Both the position numbers and the translations under genes were made by a program. A DNA stretch of 64,000 bases from a virus, in the IMG/VR virus record IMGVR_UViG_3300017917_000733, positions 1-64,000 of that record; one strand, written 5' to 3'. Below, piece by piece: positions 43,301 to 48,618 of the stretch (position 1 is the first letter of the stretch; every line of letters starts with the position of its first letter). A model generated the notes under the pieces. It was not told the DNA's origin. It made no database searches and saw only the letters and a list, made by a program, of their open reading frames with translations.

Positions 43301-43394
43301 TTGGAATTCATATGTTTACAACACTGTTGAGGGTGACCCATTACAAATCAGTGATACTAACCCTGCAATATTCTTGAGAACGGACATACCTTAA
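25341..43394 (+). CDS. Giant 6017-aa virion protein (baseplate wedge gp7-like/adhesin) with repeated beta modules and two propeller regions
   Basis: Uninterrupted ORF after gp6; EAKPYHVVIK motif; about a dozen ~70-aa 'FGGI...YY...F.IS' modules; FG-GAP-like and Asp-box-like repeats. ATAAGTA at 25309-25315. Confidence 0.75.
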   Translation: MVTRIRTLNFLPDIFKTTTNSQFLNATLDQIVQQPNTRKIEGYIGSKFGYGVNATNKYVVEPNKTRTDYQLDPGVVFLKKDTGFAQDFISYPGIIDALNLAGGVTNDNSRMFESQFYSWDSFTNLDKIINFNQYYWVPEGPEAVTVSTGIVYKDENYVVTDTPNGYLISAEGSSLSTTNPYLTLLRGGTYTFTVDQNTQFWIQGVPGVTGFDPAQVNVQTRDVLGVENNGATQGVITFTVPEKDAQNEYDVPGNNSVDIVTTLPFAQVNGALISAINGLDGITSLDGLTLMFYDTGVENEQGFIQPVSGPGYYTDVAATFYQITVDNGQIILSDYAPIPTGEKITAKYGTQWIGRSFFRNTFGQITLIPYLSAVLDTLYYQDGSSENKVGQLRLIEANATDRINIIENILGRKNYTSPNGVVFTNGLKIIFDGNIYPTSYENTEYYVEGVGTAITLIPVDETLVPEPFTFGSYIPYDTLNYDIGNYDVGLYVPVTPDYITIARNAINKNAWSRSNRWFHIDVLNATAAYNNNPDLLSLYTTNDNKAKRPIIEFYPNLRLFNSGIVGKAPVNFIDQRTTDAFTYVAGQENYYPDVQVYTAYTATINAASGSIITTATATTANPNNAIVCTSTAGFRKNDKVTFTGTTFGGITASTTYYIESVVDSTSFTITTEQNGDVLVLTAGSGTMTVTVNPLTTTIDVATSDITGTLQVGQYVVDSTNLLPINSRIQSISSTSGTTTIVVYWDDVQSVSGTTVASIIANDINNDNYQLFDGARIVFTEDTNPEVRNKVYVAHFATPVTGGDTVITLTLADDATVLPYEQVVAYSGYNNLGKTFYFDGTQWIQAQQKNTVNQPPLFDVFDKDGISFGNETVYQGTSFTGNKLFAYGIGSGIEDIYLGFPLRYSSVDNVGDISFDVSLNLDTFNYVNTLTNSPVTKKVNTGYVYNYTDIATYDRMLGWQTAIGPSVQYQLFEFNYYASNPVTSYTCDISMLNSTDSPWPTIQVFVNNVLQPRTSYTTTVTPNSTIVNFTVPEPLIDTVVEVALLSNQVSKIGFYGIPINLNNNPLNQDLSVVNIGDIRGQYQSIYYNNPNTVGNVFGPNNYRDLGDVVPYGTRIIQNSASLVLPGTFLRQQNHNLFDALMFNSKEYINFKTLLVSTVNNTDYNVYQTPAFMLDDALDQITANKTDGDPFFWSDMLPGKSAYITNTYSFANALDISIYPLSKIYNFNTANYNGVLVYLTRNNIITQLINNVDYTVSVDAPSLTVTLDLLPNDQITIKEYNQTYGSYVPNTPTKLGLYPSTIPSVVLDSNYNQPTYFIVGHDGSYNKLYGDYVNGQLVDFRDKVLLEFETRIYNNLKLGDTLPISEYDILPGFFRDTDYSYDEILEIYSSNFLNWVGQNRIDYKTQYYNANNEYTYNYNRSGNKINNEPIPQGYWRGIYQYFYDTANPDTMPWQMIGFTDKPTWWETRYGPAPYTSDNLVLWGDLAQGINWNNGNPVTLSQFVRPELLQVLPVDSNGDLVSPFVAIVRNYTSQTFMRDWKVGDVGPAEFSYRRSSTWPFDLMKIMALTKPAQFFNLGVDLDNYRYNSEFNQYLVNDRSHLIISDVEIYGNGTAKTSYINWIVDYEKQVGIDATTNITDLLDNLDVRLVYRLAGFSDKNLLKFYVEKGTPNSNNASLLIPDESYSVLLYDNPPFDRIIYSGVIIQISNDGYFKVYGNSQTNAYFKVLKPKINGNYETVTVDNYSVKLPNDYSDIEEVIAYGTTLYSIQEVATFLKSYGKYLQSQGVLFEQVEVGMPITWEQMVAEFLYWAQSGWDIGSIININPAAKLIAIDKVDSVVQPLTLQRQNFILNQNLYPIQSVDLSVVRDGTAFTAQPLNQGDTVAYGQFNMYSFEHGIVFDNVTLFDDIIYNLVTGLRQNRIYVRGTKTAEWNGTIDAQGFILNQDNIIEWSPVTKYTTGSIVTYKNKYWIATKIIQPAMVFQERDWKETDYNEIQKGLLPNSSTRSYESTLYYDVDKANLEQDADLLSFSLIGYRPRDYLALADLTDITQINVYKNLIKNKGTRNATEAFKGATLPQGGIDYDIYENWAIKTSEFGGVLNNNFVEFRLNQTELTGNPSIVGLTTGYYTNGVQQEVPLYNLYNYGRPVTDPNVLPVVPAEEPSKLFPDAGYVNFNDVKISSYFYSGLINNTVPLSNLYVGDYVWLANYQGTWNVMTPVSQGEVVLARSIGTDVVSLTFDKPHSLTQYTPFALINFNSNLDGYYIANSIVDPYTITITIPNLGTPFLTAITGNGIVVTFQSNRVRKTSDITNLPLLNNEFVKDKVWVDTASNGSWAVYRKSLNYQYSKEFTNDGSLNYGSAVAYADSFGYLIGDNELGEVYRYVYNPLRNRYDLVQTLTGDSSFGSTISYSGNIVAISQPTGATASDRKVRIYEYVSNNLVDELQLLQTIDAPDSLITSWGSALAVSGDLNWLYVSDTANNTVYVYRKSLVDGLYAYSTVLPSVSGLVSGDNFGSSLSTNYYGDTVTVGAPNIDVGALADVGYAYAFDRLYQNFEAATTSIPFVPLTFNLAVTVSTTSKTATNTSEGGFADYIKVTSGLTGVSIDDPVVFSGTILSAGALQENRIYYVVDISGSRFKVSTTRGGAPVTLSTDTGTMTCTFQTEPVFVSVNGTTLSDDNYFVVGSVLSVISTINAGDIINVSTSTFVLSQTFASEDTTRVGPEFGTSVANNSYATEILVGAPFEIRETTGEGAIYRYTNSGGKYGYIIGTGTVAISAPTTILINGYAVSLVAGDATSVANAILAANITNVTASAVDGKLTIALLNTSLATVNDKLNLAVLNDSDWAELGIDLYTRTEVITCPHTQGATQFGTVIKFNEYQSFVASAVSGNRYVGTTFDSTDDENFDNDTIFDNNATQFVDVFKNAGAVYMFDYLENYNETLLNVGKFVYAQSTNSLNTEYGNQPLYGKALDFNNYTVVVGSPNFEFDGNYGQVISYVNDINESDWFIYRNSSSIVDINKIQNAQLFSAENNQTLVNLDYIDPLQGKILGSVRQNIDIVSNTDPANYNSPNATNKGSIVWGPEQVGQVWFNTNNVRFVNYHQNDDVEYNSQYWGQVFPGSDVAVYSWIASNELPVNYQGPGTPHDLDSYVVFNTQDTRGMFVPVYYYWVRNTNIVFTKRGKTLSDTIIESYITNPKNSGISYFAPLLPNVFGLYNTDEYVNNTDTVFHVGFSTGTNDDVAHAEYSLIRANYADDFLPGLPINNNQSPISLYDRLLDSLSGVDETGAVVPDPFLPKAVQSGIYARPRQSFFVNRFGALKNYLTYANEIIAQYPITETKNELTFLFKVGDINPSTGLPFYDTQNFWNYINWWATGYDNNTKSVLQVPLYADLSALSVPAGTIVTVAQNNNGNSETYVLQTTGTWERIGLQNGTIEFKSTLWDYNEGKFGFGGSFYDTTVYDEYPSEETRYIIRAINEQIFTDELLIHRNKGLILLFEYIQSETIESQNYLPWLNKTSLVDVSHTIRELRPIEVFQSDNQQFLSSYLNEAKPYHVVIKDFLFKYTGTDVFEGDITDFDLPAKFNFETNQFITPELVYSSPSTVNQYLPTDSIWQTTDYSQWFNNYGLSITGVDNYQITVLSSYIALNSQTIVVDNVSGFPVNGVIRIGDEQIGYSDVDRSTNTLFGLTRGVNETAITTHIPGENIYINLPAALLLNAGRGYVNPPRITAYIDTSIYPEPRQAAILEPVMNLDKILSINVINPGDGYAVLPEIIIDPSITVSVNSDDVSTTENTIRLLQPLLQTGDLVRYTVGADTTAIGGLDNGQYYYVNVLDTTPSFIIALYTTYSNAVNDVDRVTLYSTGSGSNNNLSVSAKASCVTNSQPIRENQITLRFDRTSYNSEITEWQSGEFYGSFYAGLYNNSETISSSSIGLYATQPPIDTILASFRGAPFQISNVTDDLSLTWSSRTRNVVSTTSGTNVITIEPSEGGAPDMGSVSPTTGFYVGMPIKFVGSVGTSGLSDSTTYYVNNIVNGTDFTVSASSTLTPTVALNTTTIGTAGLLSYIGQVVDTTIITIDYPGIRNVSATAATTNALTVDLTFSGQGGTSRFYPGLPISFVGNVFGSVIENEIYYVTTIIDDQTFTMSTNSDPELINVTATNSSGNIITCESTLGLSVNDPVIFNNMTISGSTVSSFGGITSGIIYYVATVLSPTTFTIATAPNSSAISLTTQAAGTGTGCIVTNQKDTAQLSTATGNMTLNVGLPLSPGQVNGQRFTLYQSVPEFGNTTPYTNITGTTGDLLTYTITHTVSAGDEIILFTSGGSIFSNMYVNMPFRVASNIGNLTTGTTYYITDFGNVTTTVTGTATPSNILTCNSTDGFYVDMPVKFSGTSLGGIDLNTTYFIVNINSSTEFEISTTMGGSSFAVYADAGTMTVTGSPYITASTSIGGLNVTLSDATGNVTATQYVTGTPIFDIGYTLGGYYVDNIVDAGSGFAVTNTITILGSDVGGVDGVNDLTIMVNTVDTQGEILTTIVEGTPPGTVSYYYLKVISETQCEVYYDPLMQIPVPINDFVYVQGDYALLPEPFYFNQSIVKYGNNVYQCIVSNNDTEFIPGKWLLLDSGSRELNALDRIIGYYKPEKSNDLAWQNYINMPGLDLTQLVRGIVYPNSTYLGNAFAPDEEFPLDVILQDQPFTPSNVDIKAVIYDGSAYYAPAVIIDDYSALLVSQDGVTWNIEKLAEQPIDFTDMIYANSRYLIASDNNAISLLFGYTGTIYSPIVTGAQLNSIAYNNGTFVTAGNKIIRSTDLEVWTDVYTFTNGYNNTINSVSYVDVAFFTGFIAVGKTVIPGGSGQYGIILTSIDGVVWTQSAFTLADYGLNSVAANSDYIVAVGENGSIISSTNASNWVQEVSGTTETLNNIVWGYDKFVVVGGNTTGTIITAPSTPTTWTLQTSGTTELLNDVVYNSLGDEYIVVGENNTILQSSDAITWVNQSKILLEPTKYNIQGSPFLSGYGPEELVPGVVSDNLTMIVNTRPGTNWDETIYQHVGYSVVTREITQTVGTQSEFSFDDMVEVPSQIAVYLVDSSTGLGTRLYEINDYTSNWLTKTITLTTAPSIGDKIMICVYDVGNGDQLVKSSTDYNPIQVNDTTGFCEIQLDCNYTGTRSSGSGVMRPTTTPINVTVISTSSVDNSILCESVDEFVINSQITFQGSLFGGITADTPYYVKTRSYASNRITISNSIIDGVAGPVFNLTTASGPSMTAIVQTGNGLVWTDPIVYHNGSTLILGTTLFLTNTSGDTNTIYCNTTGGIAANDPIVFSDTMFGDVIVPQTVYYVKQVIDGNEFTISETLGGPTLALTTAAGGAIAITNDYAFIMASNSLTANMIFASQYNNTTDFISYTILGETYPEQYRFTIPQLQTFVADGSTTVFNLTNYVSGSNPENAVVEVNGVRLSDVDYVIDGSLDTLTMLYGTPASDDVVAITSYNSTTRQYFNTQYDITGNIVSNIVNISNDISVPIATSSCTSTSSVTNEITCADTTGFVVDQTVEFKAPSSTFGGIVAGTIYYIESVTSSTTFKISTTQGGSAMTLTTDSGVMVAYVGGQPAVRVTTGITNGFTDGDLVRLDGVVGPTQLNNQVFYARIISSTQFDLYNQPYDSSYNAINDPVTGTTMNAYISGGYVWKDQTYILQTTRATATDSSNNITVNSVDDLVLNTPIVFTGTTFGNIVEGTVYYIIDINIAVNTIKISETHQGPVFVLSVDTGDMAVTQWKQDNVDRLWVTVNGYRVPSSSLFINDGVNISILTTITAGDTVTITSMIPSETPNQVTYIQNVGKTGIPSVYRADPPTTTWLTQPLYVTNDTIYVNDASKLVTTNTFVVTVDSVPFSVQLGDDKNSISNITVYNKTTSTELSSNDFHLEIQDTAPVLVIESSISIGNEVEITVVSGNLLYVNGEQIKFSSIDFTTNSISGLQRGANGTGVNIEISIYSRVYGILSSHKMADPDYYVTWNSYVYNTVEGDPLQISDTNPAIFLRTDIP

Positions 43395-43409
43395 AAGATA
43401 AATAAATAT

Positions 43410-43565
43410 ATGAATAATTTTACGGAAAAAAGTCAAGACCCGCAAAAACAAGAGGCTCCTGAAAAGAAGCCCAACGAAAACGCGGGTTATTACTTTTCTT
43501 CTCATATCAAGATATTTGATCCGAACACGAAAGAAATATTAGTCCAAAAACGAGGCGATAACTAA
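43410..43565 (+). CDS. Small hypothetical protein (51 aa) not in the supplied track
   Basis: MNNFTEKSQDPQKQEAPEKKPNENAGYYFSSHIKIFDPNTKEILVQKRGDN*; ATAAATA 5 nt upstream; TAATG overlap with the next gene. Confidence 0.7.
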   Translation: MNNFTEKSQDPQKQEAPEKKPNENAGYYFSSHIKIFDPNTKEILVQKRGDN

Positions 43566-44191
43566 TGTCATTAATCAATCTGTCATATAAAGTTGAGGGT
43601 TTTCTAAAGATTTACGACCCTAATAATGGGGAAATCTTTGTAGATAAAAAGAACGCCATTAACTATGAAAACATGTCGCAAGCTATTGCGTACTCACTAA
43701 GCGCCCGCGCACAAGGCCAGGGCCAAATCTATCAAATGGCTTTTGGTAATGGCGGTGCAAGTGTTGACGAAACAGGTGTTATTACTTATCTACCACCAAA
43801 TACCACTGGTCAAAATGCTGCGTTGTACAACCAAACATATGCAAAAATTGTTAACGACAATAGCGTTTTTAACCTAGACCCTACACGTAACAAAATGACA
43901 GTATTGCATACTACAGGCAAGTTCTATACTGACATTTTGGTACAATGTTTATTAGATTACGGTGAGCCTGCAGGCCAGGCTGCGTTTGATAACAGTACAC
44001 AGACTGATTCCAGCTATATTTTCGATGAATTGGGATTACTAGCGAATTGGGGTACAGATACTGAAGGAAATGTAATTACAAGGTTGTTGACACACGTTGT
44101 TTTTCACCCTGTTCAAAAATCTTTGAATAGACAAATTCAGATAGATTACACAGTTAGAATACAAAGTTTGACAAACTTGATAACAATTTAA
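43565..44191 (+). CDS. Putative baseplate/tail-fibre attachment protein
   Basis: 208 aa; MAFGNGG, FDELGL, THVVFHPVQKS and IDYTVRI; structural context. Confidence 0.6.
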   Translation: MSLINLSYKVEGFLKIYDPNNGEIFVDKKNAINYENMSQAIAYSLSARAQGQGQIYQMAFGNGGASVDETGVITYLPPNTTGQNAALYNQTYAKIVNDNSVFNLDPTRNKMTVLHTTGKFYTDILVQCLLDYGEPAGQAAFDNSTQTDSSYIFDELGLLANWGTDTEGNVITRLLTHVVFHPVQKSLNRQIQIDYTVRIQSLTNLITI

Positions 44192-44227
44192 AGATAAATA
44201 GTCAAGAATATCGGAGTGATTTTTTAA

Positions 44228-45430
44228 ATGGCATATACGATTATAAAAAGTGATGGAACAGTCTTAACAACCATTGCTGATGGAACAATCAATACTACAA
44301 GTACATCACTGGGCCTACCCGGTAGGAATTATTCAGGATATGGACAAGCGTTAGACACTAACTTTGTACATATTACTGAAAATTTTGCTGACACCACACC
44401 ACCTGTTAACCCTCTAAGAGGTCAGTTATGGTATGATACCAATGCTGGTTCTCTTAAAGTTTGTCCTGCTGACGGTACAAGTAACGCTAATGCTTGGTTA
44501 ACACTAACAACAACTTCTTCAGGTGGCACAACAACATTTGGTCAAGTTACAGTAACTGGTAACTTGCAAGCAAACAATGTAACAGTCACAAATGCTACTT
44601 CAAGTGATATAATTACTGTTCGTTTGGCAACTGTAACAGCAAATGCCACAATCGCAAACGCTATTGTCACTACAGCTAACGTCAGCACATTGAATACAGC
44701 AGTTATTTCTACTGGTGCAAATACAACAACTGGCTCACTAACTGGTACATGGACTGCTAACGGTGGCGCAAGCGGTAACACTCTAATCGTTACAAACGGT
44801 AATATTGTTGCAGTTACAGGTATTAAAACAGACAATTACTATTATGCAAACGGTACCCCATTCAACCCAACAGGGTCATATAATAACGGTAACGTATTTG
44901 ATTACTTGACTGGTTCTAATGCTGTTGTTCAGTTTAGCGGAAACATTGCTCCTACAAAAGTCACAACTACTGCAATTGCAGGTGGCGGAACAGTTACTGG
45001 TATTTGGACATTAGCAGTTGGTGCAAGATGGCAAGCAAGTTACGCTGACTTAGCCGAACGCTTTGAAGCTGATGCACTATACGAGCCAGGTACTGTTGTT
45101 GAATTAGGCGGTGATAAAGAAATCACTGCTGTTCAATATGAACTATCTGACGATGTATTTGGCGTTATATCAACTACTGCTGGTTACTTAATGAATGCTA
45201 TGGCAGGTGATGATGACACGCACCCTGCTATTGCTGTTGGAGGCCGTGTACAAGTTAAAGTTATCGGTAAAGTCAAAAAAGGTCAACGTTTAGTTAGCGC
45301 TGGCAAGGGTATTGCTAGAGCAGCTAAGAAAGAAGAATTAACCGCTTTCAACGTTATCGGTAGAGCACTAGCAAACAAAACAGACGACGGTTTGGGCACA
45401 GTAGAAGCTGTAGTCACAATTAGTAAGTAA
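44228..45430 (+). CDS. Tail fibre/spike-like protein with C-terminal intramolecular chaperone (auto-cleaving type)
   Basis: N-terminal GRNYSGYG...ENFA...GQLWYD, Thr/Asn-rich beta body, C-terminal YADLAERF...YEPGTVV...GRVQVKV. ATAAATA at 44194-44200. Confidence 0.75.
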   Translation: MAYTIIKSDGTVLTTIADGTINTTSTSLGLPGRNYSGYGQALDTNFVHITENFADTTPPVNPLRGQLWYDTNAGSLKVCPADGTSNANAWLTLTTTSSGGTTTFGQVTVTGNLQANNVTVTNATSSDIITVRLATVTANATIANAIVTTANVSTLNTAVISTGANTTTGSLTGTWTANGGASGNTLIVTNGNIVAVTGIKTDNYYYANGTPFNPTGSYNNGNVFDYLTGSNAVVQFSGNIAPTKVTTTAIAGGGTVTGIWTLAVGARWQASYADLAERFEADALYEPGTVVELGGDKEITAVQYELSDDVFGVISTTAGYLMNAMAGDDDTHPAIAVGGRVQVKVIGKVKKGQRLVSAGKGIARAAKKEELTAFNVIGRALANKTDDGLGTVEAVVTISK

Positions 45431-45440
45431 GGATTAAAGA

Positions 45441-46394
45441 ATGACATACGCACAGTTTGGTACTATTGCCGCAAGTGATTACAATAATTTAGTGGGTGGT
45501 GATCCAGTAACTACTTCAGGAAAGTTGAATACTGTATGGGCAACCGGTGGAACAAATGCTGGGTATGGTCAACCAGCTTTAGCAAACGTTGCTGTTGGTA
45601 ACACAGTCGGTGCTAGTGAATGGGCTAATTTAGTTAATAGAACAGCTAACTCAGCTTCTCATCAAGGGAGTTCTATTACTAGTGTAACTGCACCCACAGT
45701 GGGTGGCACAGTGACATATTTGTCTGCTATTCCTACTAACTTAACTACAATTTATACTAATAGATTAAACGCGCAAACACAAGGTGCGACTACATCTAAT
45801 GCAGCGTCTAGAGGAACATCTTGGAGTTCTGCGCTAACATTTACGCACACCGTTACATTTGCTAACGGTGATGCTGCTCGTTATTTCTTTAACTCAGGTG
45901 GACAGTTAAAAATTACTTGTTCACATGCTAACACAGCAACATCAATTAACCAGTTGTACAATCAACTAGCAAGTAATATTGGCACTGTTGTTATGAGTGC
46001 TCCTAGTTCTGGTACGATCACTATAACCGGAACAACATATAGCGGTATAAGTAAAATAGGTGGCGGCGGTAACACACCGACTATAGACGCTAATAAGGGA
46101 TATTTTGCACAAACAACGTCAAACGCAAACGTATTCACGCAAACAGCAAGTACTGGTCCTTCAGGTTATTTGGGTTCTTTCATCCGTGTAATTACAAAGA
46201 GCAATGGAACACAAGGTTCAAACGGTGACGCTGGTTCTGTCATTACTATCTACACAGTTTGGGATGAAGTTCCAGACGGATTAGTAGTAGGTTCAGGATC
46301 AACTACTACAGTGGTCGCGCAAGCTCCAGAAACTACATATCTAGCAAACACCTGGGGCACAATTACTATTTCAGGAACCGTTACTGGTGCATAA
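45441..46394 (+). CDS. Virion structural protein (Thr/Gly/Ser-rich)
   Basis: 317 aa; GYGQ and ARYFFNSGGQL motifs; AGGA RBS. Confidence 0.6.
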   Translation: MTYAQFGTIAASDYNNLVGGDPVTTSGKLNTVWATGGTNAGYGQPALANVAVGNTVGASEWANLVNRTANSASHQGSSITSVTAPTVGGTVTYLSAIPTNLTTIYTNRLNAQTQGATTSNAASRGTSWSSALTFTHTVTFANGDAARYFFNSGGQLKITCSHANTATSINQLYNQLASNIGTVVMSAPSSGTITITGTTYSGISKIGGGGNTPTIDANKGYFAQTTSNANVFTQTASTGPSGYLGSFIRVITKSNGTQGSNGDAGSVITIYTVWDEVPDGLVVGSGSTTTVVAQAPETTYLANTWGTITISGTVTGA

Positions 46395-46431
46395 TTTTTA
46401 AAATTGTCTTTGTATCCATCTAAATAATGAC

Positions 46432-46737
46432 ATGGATACAAAGACCTTAATAGCGGACGCAAAAGCCCGTTTCAATCACAACTCAGCAAAAGCACACTTA
46501 AAAGACAAATACGAAGCCAAACTTGTCGTGGCTGACCAAGGTGGACTTTGGAAAGCGACACCTGAACTTATTGGGTTTCTCGCATCTAGCACAGACGAAT
46601 ATGTAATTTTAATAGACACCTTTGACAATCCAGTACTAGTAAACCGCATTACGTTGCATGATGTGTTGTATAAAGCATATAACGATGCTATGCAATTGTG
46701 GTTCGCAGAATGGAAAGAATTGGAAAGTAAACGATGA
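46432..46737 (+). CDS. Hypothetical protein, first gene of the modification operon
   Basis: 101 aa; CTAAATA at 46420-46426, 5 nt before the ATG; overlaps the next gene (ATGA). Confidence 0.7.
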   Translation: MDTKTLIADAKARFNHNSAKAHLKDKYEAKLVVADQGGLWKATPELIGFLASSTDEYVILIDTFDNPVLVNRITLHDVLYKAYNDAMQLWFAEWKELESKR

Positions 46738-47537
46738 GTAGGGGCGCATTATTATTTGCGTTTAACTCACCTAAGTACAATTATTATGATATGGCGGTGG
46801 CTACAGCTAAACGCATCAATCATTTTTTAGACATGCCAGTAACTGTTGTTACTGATGAAGAATCACTACCTAAAAATACAAGCTACACATTTGATAATGT
46901 AGTTATAACTACACCTGATAAAAATAACAAACGTGACTGGGGTATGTGGATAAACAAAGGTAGATATCAAGCATTTGAGTTTAGTCCATATGATGAAACT
47001 ATATTGTTAGACACTGATTATATGGTAAATTCAAATAAGTTGCTAAAGACATTTGAATTACCTACTGATTTTTGCTGTCACGATACTACTACATTTTTAA
47101 TGCAGCCTGGCTTGCCACAAGAATATTTGAGTGTATACAGCGATAAAACATTATGGGCAACAGTCGTTCGATTCAATAAAACTAAACGATCAAAACAAAT
47201 ATTTGATTGTTTAGAAATGATTCAGAAAAACTTTGAGCATTATGCTAACATTCATGGTTTTATCTCAGCCACATTTAGAAATGACTACGCATTGACACTA
47301 GCAACAAGATTAGTAAACGGTCACATGAAAGACAAGGCTGATGTAATTCCTTGGGACCTATTACACGTTGGTAAAAATACAATTGTGCATAGAAACAATG
47401 ATGAAGAATTAAACACAGAATATACAGCTATGTTTGATAACTGGCAACGAGGCAAAATTCGTAAAGAATATATAACAATCAAAGATTTAGATTTTCATGT
47501 GATGAACAAAGAAAACTTTTTGGAACTTATAAAATGA
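46734..47537 (+). CDS. Glycosyltransferase-like protein (GT-A, DxD)
   Basis: SPYDETILLDTDY and FRNDYA motifs. Confidence 0.65.
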   Translation: MSRGALLFAFNSPKYNYYDMAVATAKRINHFLDMPVTVVTDEESLPKNTSYTFDNVVITTPDKNNKRDWGMWINKGRYQAFEFSPYDETILLDTDYMVNSNKLLKTFELPTDFCCHDTTTFLMQPGLPQEYLSVYSDKTLWATVVRFNKTKRSKQIFDCLEMIQKNFEHYANIHGFISATFRNDYALTLATRLVNGHMKDKADVIPWDLLHVGKNTIVHRNNDEELNTEYTAMFDNWQRGKIRKEYITIKDLDFHVMNKENFLELIK

Positions 47538-48280
47538 ACAAAGGTTTCGTAATAATGGCACAAAATACTGACAAAGTAGATTATGTGCATTGTGCTAAAG
47601 TTTTAGAAAAAAGCATAAAAAGAGTTATGCCTAATGCTAATGTAACAATTGTGACAACCGAAATGTTACCACATGGTGACAAAGGTGGATACGCAAACGA
47701 TTGGCAAGTATATGAAGTTAGTCCATACGACTTAACAATAAAATTAGAAGCTGACATGTATATTCCTAGAAACATTGAACACTGGTTTGATGTAATGAGT
47801 CAGCAAGATGTTGTAGTATGTGATAAGATTAGAAACTTTAAAGGTGAAATTTCTGATGTTAGAGTTTATCGTAGATTTATAGATGACAATTTACTACCCG
47901 ATGTTTATAACGCAATAACATTTTTCAAAAAGTCGGACACAGCAAAACAGTTTTTTGAAATGGTTCGTGATGTATTTGAAAATTGGGAAGAATACAGAGC
48001 TATATTAAAATGTAAATCAGACGAGCCTGTATCAACTGATTGGGCATATGCTATAGCATGTCACATTATGGGAGTTGAAAAAACAACCATGCCATTCAAC
48101 GAACTATCAATGGTTCATATGAAACAGTTTATCAATGGTACACAAACTGAGAACTGGACTGATACACTAATTTACGAATGTTTGTCAGACCACATTCGTG
48201 TAAATACATATCCTCAGTTATATCCTTTTCACTATCATGTGAAAAACTTTGGTGATAAAATATTACAAGGACTAACATGA
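47534..48280 (+). CDS. Glycosyltransferase-like protein, paralog of the previous gene
   Basis: SPYDLTIKLEADM, STDWAYAIA and HYH motifs. Confidence 0.6.
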   Translation: MNKGFVIMAQNTDKVDYVHCAKVLEKSIKRVMPNANVTIVTTEMLPHGDKGGYANDWQVYEVSPYDLTIKLEADMYIPRNIEHWFDVMSQQDVVVCDKIRNFKGEISDVRVYRRFIDDNLLPDVYNAITFFKKSDTAKQFFEMVRDVFENWEEYRAILKCKSDEPVSTDWAYAIACHIMGVEKTTMPFNELSMVHMKQFINGTQTENWTDTLIYECLSDHIRVNTYPQLYPFHYHVKNFGDKILQGLT

Positions 48281-48618
48281 ACACAGAAGATGATTATGTC
48301 ATATTATGGGAAGCTCCTAAGATTGAAACACCCGAGTTTAGACTGTACTATGATGACAACGGAAAAGTTATAGGTTATTGCGGTGATAAGTCAATGACAG
48401 GAAATTATATCGTTATTGACAAACAAACCTTCTTAGAAGGAAGAATGGATGTAAGAATCATAGATGGTGTAATTTCTAGAGCAGCACCCAATGCTGTTGT
48501 TTATAAATTGATGCCTAGCAATGAAGGAATTAGTTGCTATAAAAATGATGTAAGTATTATCGTCAACGACGATTCTATTGAAACTACTAAATGGAAAATT
48601 GTAACATATGAGCTATGA
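48277..48618 (+). CDS. Hypothetical protein
   Basis: 113 aa; overlaps genes on both sides. Confidence 0.7.
   Translation: MNTEDDYVILWEAPKIETPEFRLYYDDNGKVIGYCGDKSMTGNYIVIDKQTFLEGRMDVRIIDGVISRAAPNAVVYKLMPSNEGISCYKNDVSIIVNDDSIETTKWKIVTYEL

Noticed and set aside
25341-43394. Intein or diversity-generating retroelement target in the giant gene
   Set aside because: No intein splice or LAGLIDADG motifs noticed, no reverse transcriptase in the window, and the repeats are diverged protein-level modules rather than near-identical DNA pairs.
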